A DNA stretch of 64,000 bases, from contig DATHJH010000032.1 of NCBI GenBank assembly GCA_035489815.1, positions 32,301-96,300 on the forward strand, read 5' to 3'. This DNA is from Candidatus Limnocylindria bacterium. Its GTDB lineage: Bacteria > Patescibacteriota > Saccharimonadia > Saccharimonadales > JAGQNK01. Of this stretch, positions 52,613 to 61,351 are shown in pieces. Made by a program: the position numbers and the translations under genes. A model generated the notes under the pieces. The model saw only the letters and a program-made list of their open reading frames with translations, ran no database searches and was not told the origin of the DNA. The first letter of the stretch is position 1. Each line of letters begins with the position of its first letter.

Positions 52613-55366
52613 TTATCCTCCTGACGTGGACCAGTGCCACGATTCACTCGGCAGATTACTCAGCCCGAACCGGGCGGCGTTAGCCACCAGCCAGTTCCAG
52701 CCCGCGTCGCCGCGCCGGACTGTACCGCCGTTTAGCGTAAAGTCTATGGCCAGCCCGCGTTCGTGCATTGATTTTCCCGGTATGGCCGTTGGTATACGGC
52801 AAGTGCTTGGGCTGGCAGTCCAGACGTCCCGGCAGCCATTCTGGGTGCGCAGCCGTATCTGGTCGGCCGTATCGCGCCAGCCCCCGCCGGCCAGATTTAC
52901 GCCCGCCGCATGGGCCTCGGTGAGCAGCTGATCAATGCGGCCGCCAATGCACCGGTGCACCCGAACGCCTTGTACCACGACAGTTTCGGACTCGGGAACG
53001 GGTGCTTGCGGGCAGCCGCCGGCGTCGAGTGCAGGGCTGCCGGCAGGGGTCACCACTTCGCTGTCGGCCTGGCCGTACAGCTGGTCGCAGGCCCCTTCAT
53101 CCAACCCTTCATAACAGTCCAGGGCAAGCACGTTAAGGGTGTAGGCGAGGTAATAACGGTAGCGTAGTACTTCTTCCCTGCCTCTGTCTGCGTGGCACTT
53201 TGCCGGAAGTTGGACAAGGTCGTCTTCTTCCCCGGCCTTGCTATAGCGCAGATTCCCTTCGCGGGTGATGGTCATGGCGTGGCAGTCATCGCCGTATTCG
53301 TTGTTTAAACGCTCCAATTCATCAGGGTGATCTTCAAAGTAATTGCCGACTTCAAAGGGGTTTTCAAACCGGGGGTCGTCTTGCTCTGCTTCGGTAAAGC
53401 CGACAGTAGCAAAACCGTAGTCATAGCCGTTGGCGTCCTGCGCGATTGCTCTGCTGCCGGCAAAGGGCGCGGCAATCGCGCTGCTTATAACATTCGGCAG
53501 CCGGGCAATTGTGGCGATGGCCTCTGTCCTGGTCCGCGGTACCTTCATGAGCGTCGTTGCGGCCAGCGAATCAGCGTTAAAAATGTTCAGGTAGCGTTCG
53601 TAAAGGCTGGCGTTGGCCAGGTCCTGCATTCTTTCTTCGGTCGCCAGTTGCCTGACAGCGCGCGCTTCTGTTGTGCTAAGTTCGCTGCCGCCGGTCATCC
53701 GCATTTGTTCACGGGCCGCCAGCGCATTGCCGACGTTTACGATGCCACCCCACATGGCGCCTTTGGCGGCGGTGCTGGCAATCTGGCTGGCGTAGCGGTC
53801 CCGCAGCCACTGGATCCACTCGTCCTTGGTTCGGCCAGTCGGGCTCAGTGCCAGGTTAATGGCGCCGTCCACCAGGCTCTGAACCCTCCCTACGCCGGGC
53901 AGGTTGTTAATAAAATCACCAGTTTCATTAATCAGATCGCAGGCATCTGGTCCAACGCCGACCCCCCCTATTTCGACCCTGGTCGTTATTCGGTCAACAG
54001 CATCTAGGAGCGCGGGTCTCTCCCTGGAGCCGGGCTTGAGCCCGTTTGCTGACAACAGGTCTACGCCGGCTGCCGCGCCATTGCCGCTGGCGGCCTGAAT
54101 GCCGGAGTCTGCCGCCCAGGAGGTGTCGGTTTCCTGGTCGTAGAAATGCTCGGCGTACACCCCCATTTCTTCAATACTCAGATCCTCAAAGCTCTTGATC
54201 TGGTCGCCCATAGCAACGGCGCCCAGGCCCATACGTATCATGGTCAGCTGGCTTTCCAGGTTCTGGGCGTCTATAGACTCGCTAAAGCCCTTGGCGGCAC
54301 ATACCAGGGCGACGGCCGCAGCCGGACCCCGGGCGGTCCGAAGAGCTGTGCTGAACTTTTGCCGCAGCCGGCCCAGGCGGGTCGTGTTAACGTCTATGTC
54401 TGCACCGCCGGTCCGGTGCCGGTTGGCTTCTTCGTCTCTGAGCTTTTCCTTCTCTTGCCGCCGCTGGTCGCGGCTTAGGGCAAATCTGTCCGCGGTTTGC
54501 CGGAAACGATTCCTGAACGGGTGGAATAAGCCATCGGTTCCACCACGTTTTATATGTAATCTTGCCCCCATCCAGGCACTGATCCGGTTGACTTTCAGCG
54601 CTTTGGTGGCTGCTCTGGTAATGCGATTCCGATCCCGAAACGGCATGTCCTGGGTTACGACACCTCTGGCACCATTTACCGGGTTACCGTCTATATCTAC
54701 AGCGCTCTGAAAAGAGCCGTTTACGTCTATATCCTGCGCTCGCATTCGATCAAGGGTAGGCTTAGCTTTTACCGGGTCAGTCACCTGAAAACCTATGCCG
54801 CGCTGTGTTCCCGCCTGATACAACGGCCTCATACCGTTGTCGCTGAAACGACTTGCCCAGCGGTCGGCCCGCTGGTTGCCCCAGAGCCCCATGCGCCCCC
54901 GGGCAGCTTTGCCGGCCAGGGCGTAGACCACGAACCGGCCTGAGAATTTGTCGCCAAGGCTTTCGGAGGGGCTGTGGTGAAAAATCTTCATAAACTGGGA
55001 GACCTGAAGGAACTGCAACGGCCCGGACGTAATGCCGCCAATGCCCAGAATGCCGCCTACCACAAGGCCCGCTATGCCGCCCGTCACGGCGGTGCGGCGG
55101 GTAAGCAGCCCCTTAATGCCCCTTGAGCGCGAACTGCCTCCTTTGCCGCCGGCCTGCTGCTGGTCGTTTGACTGCGGAGTGACTTCTCCTTCGCTGTTTA
55201 CAGCAAATACCCTATCTCTTTCGGTGTTGTCCGGGCTATCCGCTGCCTGCTGGTCGTTTGGCTGGGAGGTCGCTTCTCCGTCATTGTTTACACTAAACAC
55301 TCTGCCTCTTTCAGACTCGCCAGTGTCTGAGGTGTATCCGTTTTGCTGTGGTGGAGGTTGTGCCAT
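52613..55366 (-). CDS. 917-aa T4SS-associated membrane protein with C-terminal M15B (VanY-type) peptidase domain
   Basis: Disordered N-terminus with a 30-aa tandem repeat, a Gly-rich TM, a large central domain, and a C-terminal SMHERGLAIDF (SxHxxGxAxD) plus ESWHW zinc-peptidase signature. Confidence 0.7.
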   Translation of the reverse strand: MAQPPPQQNGYTSDTGESERGRVFSVNNDGEATSQPNDQQAADSPDNTERDRVFAVNSEGEVTPQSNDQQQAGGKGGSSRSRGIKGLLTRRTAVTGGIAGLVVGGILGIGGITSGPLQFLQVSQFMKIFHHSPSESLGDKFSGRFVVYALAGKAARGRMGLWGNQRADRWASRFSDNGMRPLYQAGTQRGIGFQVTDPVKAKPTLDRMRAQDIDVNGSFQSAVDIDGNPVNGARGVVTQDMPFRDRNRITRAATKALKVNRISAWMGARLHIKRGGTDGLFHPFRNRFRQTADRFALSRDQRRQEKEKLRDEEANRHRTGGADIDVNTTRLGRLRQKFSTALRTARGPAAAVALVCAAKGFSESIDAQNLESQLTMIRMGLGAVAMGDQIKSFEDLSIEEMGVYAEHFYDQETDTSWAADSGIQAASGNGAAAGVDLLSANGLKPGSRERPALLDAVDRITTRVEIGGVGVGPDACDLINETGDFINNLPGVGRVQSLVDGAINLALSPTGRTKDEWIQWLRDRYASQIASTAAKGAMWGGIVNVGNALAAREQMRMTGGSELSTTEARAVRQLATEERMQDLANASLYERYLNIFNADSLAATTLMKVPRTRTEAIATIARLPNVISSAIAAPFAGSRAIAQDANGYDYGFATVGFTEAEQDDPRFENPFEVGNYFEDHPDELERLNNEYGDDCHAMTITREGNLRYSKAGEEDDLVQLPAKCHADRGREEVLRYRYYLAYTLNVLALDCYEGLDEGACDQLYGQADSEVVTPAGSPALDAGGCPQAPVPESETVVVQGVRVHRCIGGRIDQLLTEAHAAGVNLAGGGWRDTADQIRLRTQNGCRDVWTASPSTCRIPTAIPGKSMHERGLAIDFTLNGGTVRRGDAGWNWLVANAARFGLSNLPSESWHWSTSGG

Positions 55367-55387
55367 AGTTGTTTATGCTTTTCTGTA

Positions 55388-57289
55388 TTATAACCCTGGA
55401 TACAGCCTATTGTTCAAGTCGATTGTGCCCTGCTGCCCGGCCAGTTCGCCCTGCGCCTCTATTTGGGCGACTTGCTCGGGGTTGGTGGTAATCAGGCCGG
55501 TCTCTGTCGGACTGGCGGCAATCTGAATGTGCACATGGTTCTGCCCGGCAAAGAACAGGCCTTGCCCTACCGGGAACTGGCTCAGACGTTTCTTTTCCTC
55601 GCTTGTAAGCTTAAAAACGCCTGCAAGGACATCTACAGCGGAAGTGGACTGCTTGAGCAGTATTTGCATAGAGGCGTTGGCGACAATCGCCCGGCCCATG
55701 CGGCTGCCCATAAAGTCTTCCACGTCCTGAGTTATGGTGGTGATTCCCAGGTTGTATTTGCGGGCGCGCTTGGCCAGCGAGAAGAGGAAGGTTGCCGAAT
55801 CTTCGTATTTCATAAGCTGCCAGGCCTCGTCCACTACCAGAATGCGCCGCTTTTTATCTGTCTTGGTCCGGTTCCAGATAAAGTTCAGGACAATGTACAT
55901 AGCTACCGGGCGGAGCTCGTCCTCCAGATCCCGGATGTTAAAGACCACCAGCTGGTTGTTAATGTCTATGTTGCTTTGCTGGCTGAATATGCCGGCAAAG
56001 GTTCCGGTGGTGTATTTGCGCAGCCGCTGGGCCAGCTGCGGCCCGGTGCCCCCCATGTGCAACAGCGTGTCGTACAGGTCGGAAATGGTCGGCGGCTGGG
56101 CGGTATGAGTCAGCGGGTCATTGGTAATGCCGGCCTTGGCATAGGTCTCGATCAGGGCAGAGTCCAGGTCGGCCTCTTCTACCGGGCTGAGCGCCGGGAT
56201 GGCTGTTGCCTGGCCGCCCATCATCTGGGTCTGGGCGCCGCCCATCATGAGCCGCAGCAGGCCATGCAGGGTAATGAGGTTGCTGCGCAGTGCGCTGTCG
56301 GCTTCATCAGTATCCACCACCTTTGGCAGGTCAAAGGGATTTATGCGTGTCGGTGAAGTCAGGCTCAACCGCACATAGGCGCCGCCGACGGCCTCGGCCA
56401 TGCGCTGGTATTCGTTTTCCGGGTCTATGATGAACACCTCGGTGCCGAACATCATGCTGCGAAGCGCCTCTAACTTGACGGTGAACGATTTACCGGCACC
56501 GGACTTGGCAAAAACCACGGAGTTGCCGTTTTCCAGAGAGAACCGGTCAAAAATGACCAGGCCGGAGTTGTGCATATTGATACCGTACAAAATGCCGTTA
56601 TCTTGCGTGAGGTCGGCACTGGTGAACGGAAAGCTGGTGCTGAGCGCGCCGGTGTTAAAGTTGCGGCGGATTTGCAGCTGGTCGCTAAACTGCGGCACGG
56701 TGCTGTTAAAGCCCTGTTCCTGTTGGGAGGTAGCCGGCTTGGAGTAAAGCAGCTGCTGCCCCAACAGGGATTCGACCTTGTGGGTGACAAACTCCAACTC
56801 GTCCTGTGATGAAGCGTACAGCGTAAAGTAAAAGCCAAAGCGGAAGAACCTTTCCTCGCCCACCTGCAGTTTGTCGCGCATTTCCTCGGCGTCCAGGATG
56901 GCCGCTTGCTTGCCCGGGTCGCGGACCCGGCCCTTTTCGGCGTCTATCTGGATACCGGCTTCCAGCTGCGAAACCTTTTTGCGCAGATTTTCCAGTACCA
57001 CCTGGCTTTCCACCGGGTAAATGAACAGTGACATATCTATGACCTCATCAAGATTGATCATAGGCGACAGCCAGCCGGTAAAGACCTGCCGGGGATAGCC
57101 ATACACATAGTAGGTACGAGCCAGCCGGGTACCCAGCTGAAAGTGCGTTGCCATATATTCCAAAGAAGCCGGTGCAATGAAATCGCGCAGCGCAGTGACG
57201 CCCTTCTGAAAGGCCGCCTGCACCTCCTGCTGTTCTGCCATACGTTGCTGTTGAGCTATGGCGACCGGGTCAAGCTGCTGTTTAGCCAC
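55388..57289 (-). CDS. virB4: VirB4-family T4SS ATPase (C-terminal two-thirds of a Gram-positive VirB4/PrgJ/TcpF-type protein)
   Basis: 633 aa. GTG start with a GGAAGGAG RBS. YYVYGYPRQVFTGWL, Walker A FAKSGAGKSFT, Walker B RRILVVDEAWQL. Confidence 0.9.
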   Translation of the reverse strand: MAKQQLDPVAIAQQQRMAEQQEVQAAFQKGVTALRDFIAPASLEYMATHFQLGTRLARTYYVYGYPRQVFTGWLSPMINLDEVIDMSLFIYPVESQVVLENLRKKVSQLEAGIQIDAEKGRVRDPGKQAAILDAEEMRDKLQVGEERFFRFGFYFTLYASSQDELEFVTHKVESLLGQQLLYSKPATSQQEQGFNSTVPQFSDQLQIRRNFNTGALSTSFPFTSADLTQDNGILYGINMHNSGLVIFDRFSLENGNSVVFAKSGAGKSFTVKLEALRSMMFGTEVFIIDPENEYQRMAEAVGGAYVRLSLTSPTRINPFDLPKVVDTDEADSALRSNLITLHGLLRLMMGGAQTQMMGGQATAIPALSPVEEADLDSALIETYAKAGITNDPLTHTAQPPTISDLYDTLLHMGGTGPQLAQRLRKYTTGTFAGIFSQQSNIDINNQLVVFNIRDLEDELRPVAMYIVLNFIWNRTKTDKKRRILVVDEAWQLMKYEDSATFLFSLAKRARKYNLGITTITQDVEDFMGSRMGRAIVANASMQILLKQSTSAVDVLAGVFKLTSEEKKRLSQFPVGQGLFFAGQNHVHIQIAASPTETGLITTNPEQVAQIEAQGELAGQQGTIDLNNRLYPGL

Positions 57290-57403
57290 GGAATGCTCCT
57301 TCCAGTCGCGAAGTCAGGAGTGCGGAGTCAGAAGAAAGGAGATCTAACCCCTTCGCACTTCGCACTTCTATCTTCTCACTCCTAAAAGGCGACAGCATTT
57401 TAC

Positions 57404-58381
57404 TCATTGGAGGGTCCTATCCAGGTTGGGCTGGGGCGCCAGGCCCTGGCCCTTGGTGACAACCGGCGCACTCAGATCATTAAAGTTCTTGAGCTGCTGG
57501 CGGGTGGCGGTATCGGGGTTGTAGGTGTCATAATACAGTTCAATTAATTCCTGTGTATCAAGCGGCAGGCCCTGTATGTTGCACTGCAGCAGGCCGGAGA
57601 GCACGGCTTGAACCCGGTTGCGCAGCTCATCTTTGGCGGTGTTGAGGTCCTGTTCGTTGATAACCACGTGCTGCTCTTGTTTACTAAAAAGGCCTTTAAG
57701 CCCGGAGAAAAAGTTTTTACTTTGTGTCAAAGCCTTTTGCACGTCAAGCGTTGGAAAATACGGGATGACCACATAGAACTTCTTGTCCATAATGTTCGTC
57801 TGGAGCGCCAGATTGTCCACAAAGCCCAAATAATCTTCCATCAGTAGCGCCAGCAGCATGTTGTCGTGTTCCTGGCGGATTTTGTCCAACTTTTCCAGAT
57901 ACGGCCGGATGTCTACCTTTTGCGAGCGGATAAATATTTGCACCGGGAAATACAGCGAGTTCAAAAATCCCTGGTAGGCATACTCAACCGCCTCGCGCTC
58001 TTCACCGCTCATCAGGTCAAAGTTTATGGACTTGACCATAACGACCGAACGGAAGGAACCGTCGTTCATGATGACAATGCCGTCGCGGATTTCTGCTATC
58101 TGGAGGGCGTTTTGCGTGCTGTTAGGGTTGCCTTTGGCTGCCGGCGGTTTTGTTTGTTGAGGGGGTTGGACTGCTGCCGGGGCCGTCTGTTGGTACGGAT
58201 TTGGAGGTTGTACGGGCGGCGCTGCATAAGGCGCCGGGTTGTAAGGAGCTGCCGCCGGAGCTTGCCCGGAGGGGGCAGCGTAAGGAGTACCGGGGCCGCC
58301 ACTGGCGGCTCCCATAGGTTGCTGAGGATTCATATCTGGATTCATAGGGTTTGTACTAAGGTCTCCCACCGGATGATTCAA
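57404..58381 (-). CDS. P/Q-rich protein carrying the extreme N-terminal VirB4-type domain (split VirB4, part 1)
   Basis: 325 aa. After ~95 aa of low complexity comes IAEIRDGIVIMNDGSFRSVVMVKSINFDLMSGEEREAVEYAYQGFLNSLYFPVQIFIRSQKVDI, the pattern that opens Tn916 Orf16/PrgJ-type VirB4 proteins. Confidence 0.65.
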   Translation of the reverse strand: MNHPVGDLSTNPMNPDMNPQQPMGAASGGPGTPYAAPSGQAPAAAPYNPAPYAAPPVQPPNPYQQTAPAAVQPPQQTKPPAAKGNPNSTQNALQIAEIRDGIVIMNDGSFRSVVMVKSINFDLMSGEEREAVEYAYQGFLNSLYFPVQIFIRSQKVDIRPYLEKLDKIRQEHDNMLLALLMEDYLGFVDNLALQTNIMDKKFYVVIPYFPTLDVQKALTQSKNFFSGLKGLFSKQEQHVVINEQDLNTAKDELRNRVQAVLSGLLQCNIQGLPLDTQELIELYYDTYNPDTATRQQLKNFNDLSAPVVTKGQGLAPQPNLDRTLQ

Positions 58382-58386
58382 GGGTT

Positions 58387-59589
58387 TTAGTGAAGGTTAA
58401 TCACCACTTCGCCATCTGACAGACCTTGCTCTTTAGGCTTTTTATTTGCCTGGCGGGCAATGGTTGCCACATCTAGATCATCATTGGTTGCAAGTCCAAT
58501 TATATCAGGGTCCGGGGCTTGTGTCACAGGCTGATCATAGGCTGGCGGGAGGGCCGGCTGAACAGGCATGGCCGCGGCTGCGCTGGCAGCCGCTTTGGCC
58601 TCTGCCTGTTGCTCTTCCAGGGTTTTGATGACCCGCATGTTGCCGTAGTTTTTCGGTGTCTTTTGTTCGGCGTGAATTTTTTCTAATAATTCCTCTTCTG
58701 TCAGGGGGCCGCCGGCCGGGGCAAGCGGCTTAAGCGGCATTCCCTGTGATTGCTGGATTGCTGCCGGGTCGGGCGTGACAATAGTGCTCCCCGGTGCGGC
58801 GGGGAGACTGCCTGGCCCCGGGGGTTGCATTGCCGGGCCGTTGCTGTTCAAAAACCAGTAGTCAGGCTGCGCTGGCGGCTGGCTTGCTTGGGGTTGACCA
58901 GGTACCGGGGTTGGTAACTGCACAGACAGCGGCTGCGGGTTTTTCATATTGCTGACAATTTGATCGCGGTGCGCTTTGGAAGAAGCGCTGATCATCCGGT
59001 CAAGGCTTTGTGCCGTCGGGTTGTTTTGTTCGTCCAGTATGTCGTCGGTGGCGGTCGTATCATCCGGGGCTGCTGCCGACATAGAGCTAATATCAATCAG
59101 CCGGTCAGAACCGGCGCCTGCAGCGGCAAGGGTCGGCGTGCTGAACAGAGCGGCATTGACATTTTTTATAGCCCAGCCCCGGCTGTCGATAGTGTTGGCC
59201 AGGGCCTCCAAACGCGAACGAACTTCCCCCTCGGACATATTTTTAGTCAGAATCTTTTCAATCTTTTTCGGTGCGGTAATGGTCACCAGATCTCTGGTGC
59301 CGCTCTGATTCCAGATTCGCTTTCGGGGCTTCAGGGCAAAACGGATCTTAGCCAACAGCCACGTTTCCGTCGGCTGTTCCCCGCCGAACGGTAGGGCCAA
59401 CAGACTAAAAAAGATCGTGTGCGGCAGCAACGGCAACACCAAAAACCAGGCTACAATAAACAGCCGAAAACCTACAAACAGCGAAACAGCAACAATTATA
59501 AGATAGACAAACTGCCGTATACCAAAAGGCCCGATCAGCTTATCCTCTGCCTCAATATCCTGAATAACCTTGTACGTCGCCATTAACAT
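58387..59589 (-). CDS. PrgI-family (VirB3-like) T4SS membrane protein with long Pro/Ala/Gln-rich C-terminal tail
   Basis: 400 aa. The N-terminus YKVIQDIEAEDKLIGPFGIRQFVYLIIVAVSL is followed by 2 TM helices, and the gene lies directly upstream of the VirB4 genes. Confidence 0.65.
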   Translation of the reverse strand: MLMATYKVIQDIEAEDKLIGPFGIRQFVYLIIVAVSLFVGFRLFIVAWFLVLPLLPHTIFFSLLALPFGGEQPTETWLLAKIRFALKPRKRIWNQSGTRDLVTITAPKKIEKILTKNMSEGEVRSRLEALANTIDSRGWAIKNVNAALFSTPTLAAAGAGSDRLIDISSMSAAAPDDTTATDDILDEQNNPTAQSLDRMISASSKAHRDQIVSNMKNPQPLSVQLPTPVPGQPQASQPPAQPDYWFLNSNGPAMQPPGPGSLPAAPGSTIVTPDPAAIQQSQGMPLKPLAPAGGPLTEEELLEKIHAEQKTPKNYGNMRVIKTLEEQQAEAKAAASAAAAMPVQPALPPAYDQPVTQAPDPDIIGLATNDDLDVATIARQANKKPKEQGLSDGEVVINLH

Positions 59590-59653
59590 GTAGTATCAAG
59601 AGTCAAAGGCCACGAGTCAAGAGTATCGGCATCCGCTAAAGCTATTTTTAACT

Positions 59654-60031
59654 CTATGACAAAAGAGTAACGTCAATGAGGCTACCGTAGTTTTTTGCCA
59701 GCTTGCCATCAAAAGTTACAAACTGCTTACAGTCACCCAATACCGCACAAGCCACCTGCAATGCGTCTTCAAAATCGTCATCCTGGCGGTTGGTGATAGC
59801 CCAGCGCAAGACCGGCGAGCCCATATCCGTTATCTTATAGCTCTGAATATCTTCCAGCAGATCGGCCAGCGTATGTTTTTCTTTTTGACCAAAATATACA
59901 TACAGATGCGCCGAAAGCGGAGATATACATGCTTGCTCAGCACGAACCAGAGCTGCTGCTGCAACCTCGGCCTTCCTGCGCCCCCGCAAAAGCACTTCCA
60001 GCAAAATGTTTGCGTCAAAACAGGTCTTCAT
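59654..60031 (-). CDS. PIN-domain toxin (VapC-like)
   Basis: 125 aa. CFDANILLEVL (Asp), DFEDALQVA, VTFDGKL. Confidence 0.75.
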   Translation of the reverse strand: MKTCFDANILLEVLLRGRRKAEVAAAALVRAEQACISPLSAHLYVYFGQKEKHTLADLLEDIQSYKITDMGSPVLRWAITNRQDDDFEDALQVACAVLGDCKQFVTFDGKLAKNYGSLIDVTLLS

Positions 60032-60036
60032 GCATG

Positions 60037-60450
60037 CTATCCGCGATATGGAGGCTTATGCTTTGGGTCCGTGTCAAGCATCTGATACCTGACTCTCAAA
60101 ACCCTGGTCCTGTCATCCTCCAGCTTGACTGGAGGATCCAGTAGAATAACAAGAATACTGGATTGTCTGGTCAAGCCAGACAATGACGAGGTTTTGAGAG
60201 TCAGGTTCTGATGATACAGCTCTTTGACGGATTTATTCGGATCAAATGCAGGCTTACTGCTTGTGCCCTTGCGGTTGGCAGTGCGGACAAGAAAGCGCTG
60301 GACTGCCTCGCGGCTACCGGGCGCAGTCTTCTTGGCGGACGGAACTTCCGGGGTAATAGTAAAAGCAGGCTTAGACCGATACGTCACCCGGATACGTTCC
60401 CCGGCCCTTGCCCGTGCAACAACCTTGTCCAGATTTGTCACACTATGCAA
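60037..60450 (-). CDS. Phd/YefM-like antitoxin ORF with an in-frame repeat-element insertion in its 3' third
   Basis: 137 aa. The N-terminus (VTNLDKVVARARAGERIRVTYRSKPAFTITP) is antitoxin-like. The codons covering 60087-60206 are the MITE-like element. The ORF ends 5 nt before the PIN gene. Confidence 0.55.
   Translation of the reverse strand: MHSVTNLDKVVARARAGERIRVTYRSKPAFTITPEVPSAKKTAPGSREAVQRFLVRTANRKGTSSKPAFDPNKSVKELYHQNLTLKTSSLSGLTRQSSILVILLDPPVKLEDDRTRVLRVRYQMLDTDPKHKPPYRG
60087..60206. mobile_element. family-2 MITE-like element, copy N
   Basis: 120 bp with perfect 17-bp terminal inverted repeats ACCTGACTCTCAAAACC / GGTTTTGAGAGTCAGGT. It is flanked directly by the 6-bp direct repeat TCTGAT (60081-60086 and 60207-60212). 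It has three internal hairpins. Confidence 0.8.
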
Positions 60451-60470
60451 TTAATGTTATATAGTAACTT

Positions 60471-61172
60471 ATGCATGAGTTTATAGAGCAGGCTACTGAA
60501 AGAAGGAGAATCTACGACCACAACCGGAATCAGGCCAAACTGTTAGAAACTCAGGACGTGCTTGAAAAGCAAAGAGCTTCAGAAGCACGCGAGAGGGAGT
60601 TGCAGGTTGCTGCCAGGTTCCAACCGCTTATTGCTGCTACCGTCAAGGAAGCTGCAAAAGATATTGCTCCCATATTGCCAGAAGCGACTGCCAATGTAGC
60701 TCTTTGGCGTCAACCTAAGCGTGTTGTGACCAAGAAGCTTGGAGTTGCCACATTACTTTTCGGTGTAAGTTATAGGGTGACCTATGAGGAGCAGGAGCCC
60801 AAACCGGCTTGGCTCATTAGGCGTCATATTGCCTCACCAAGAGGTATTGGCTTTGGCCCTTACTTCGGAAGTATTCCTGATTTCCCTCAACACGAGATTG
60901 AAGAAACGGGACTCGTGGTGGACGGGACCGGCCAATTATTAACTTATGAAATTTGCCATGGCACCGGTAACGTTTCTGATTATGAAGTACGCAGAACATA
61001 CCAGAAGCTCAGTAGTTCACCGTCCAGTCCTTTTACGGCTGCAAGCTATCGGCCAGCTACTGATGCGGAAATTGCTCCTCTGGGCAGTATTACACCCCAT
61101 ACGGATGTCAACGGTGTACCGATTGACATATCGATGTGGCGTAATCGACTACTGTCCCTAATTCCTGCGTAG
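60471..61172 (+). CDS. hypothetical protein
   Basis: 233-aa ORF on the opposite strand to the T4SS cluster, with lower GC. No motif recognised. Confidence 0.5.
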   Translation: MHEFIEQATERRRIYDHNRNQAKLLETQDVLEKQRASEARERELQVAARFQPLIAATVKEAAKDIAPILPEATANVALWRQPKRVVTKKLGVATLLFGVSYRVTYEEQEPKPAWLIRRHIASPRGIGFGPYFGSIPDFPQHEIEETGLVVDGTGQLLTYEICHGTGNVSDYEVRRTYQKLSSSPSSPFTAASYRPATDAEIAPLGSITPHTDVNGVPIDISMWRNRLLSLIPA

Positions 61173-61351
61173 AATTCTCATCGGTCAGCTCCTCGCCGAC
61201 CAGGTAGCCTACTCATTAAGCCCCTGGCTTGTCCAGGGTCTGACTCCTTACGGTTTTCTGCCCGGCGTTCGTTTTATTCGTTATTTTTTGCTCTAACCTT
61301 GGCTTTGTCTGGCCGACTCTTCGCCATGGCCTTTTGTTTTTTATCTTTCGC

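Noticed and set aside
57290-57403. Spacer between the two VirB4 parts as a programmed frameshift or readthrough site.
   Set aside because: The downstream ORF has its own strong RBS and GTG start, and the spacer is 114 nt long with stop codons. No slippery heptamer adjacent to a structure could be identified. It is kept only as part of the split-gene finding.
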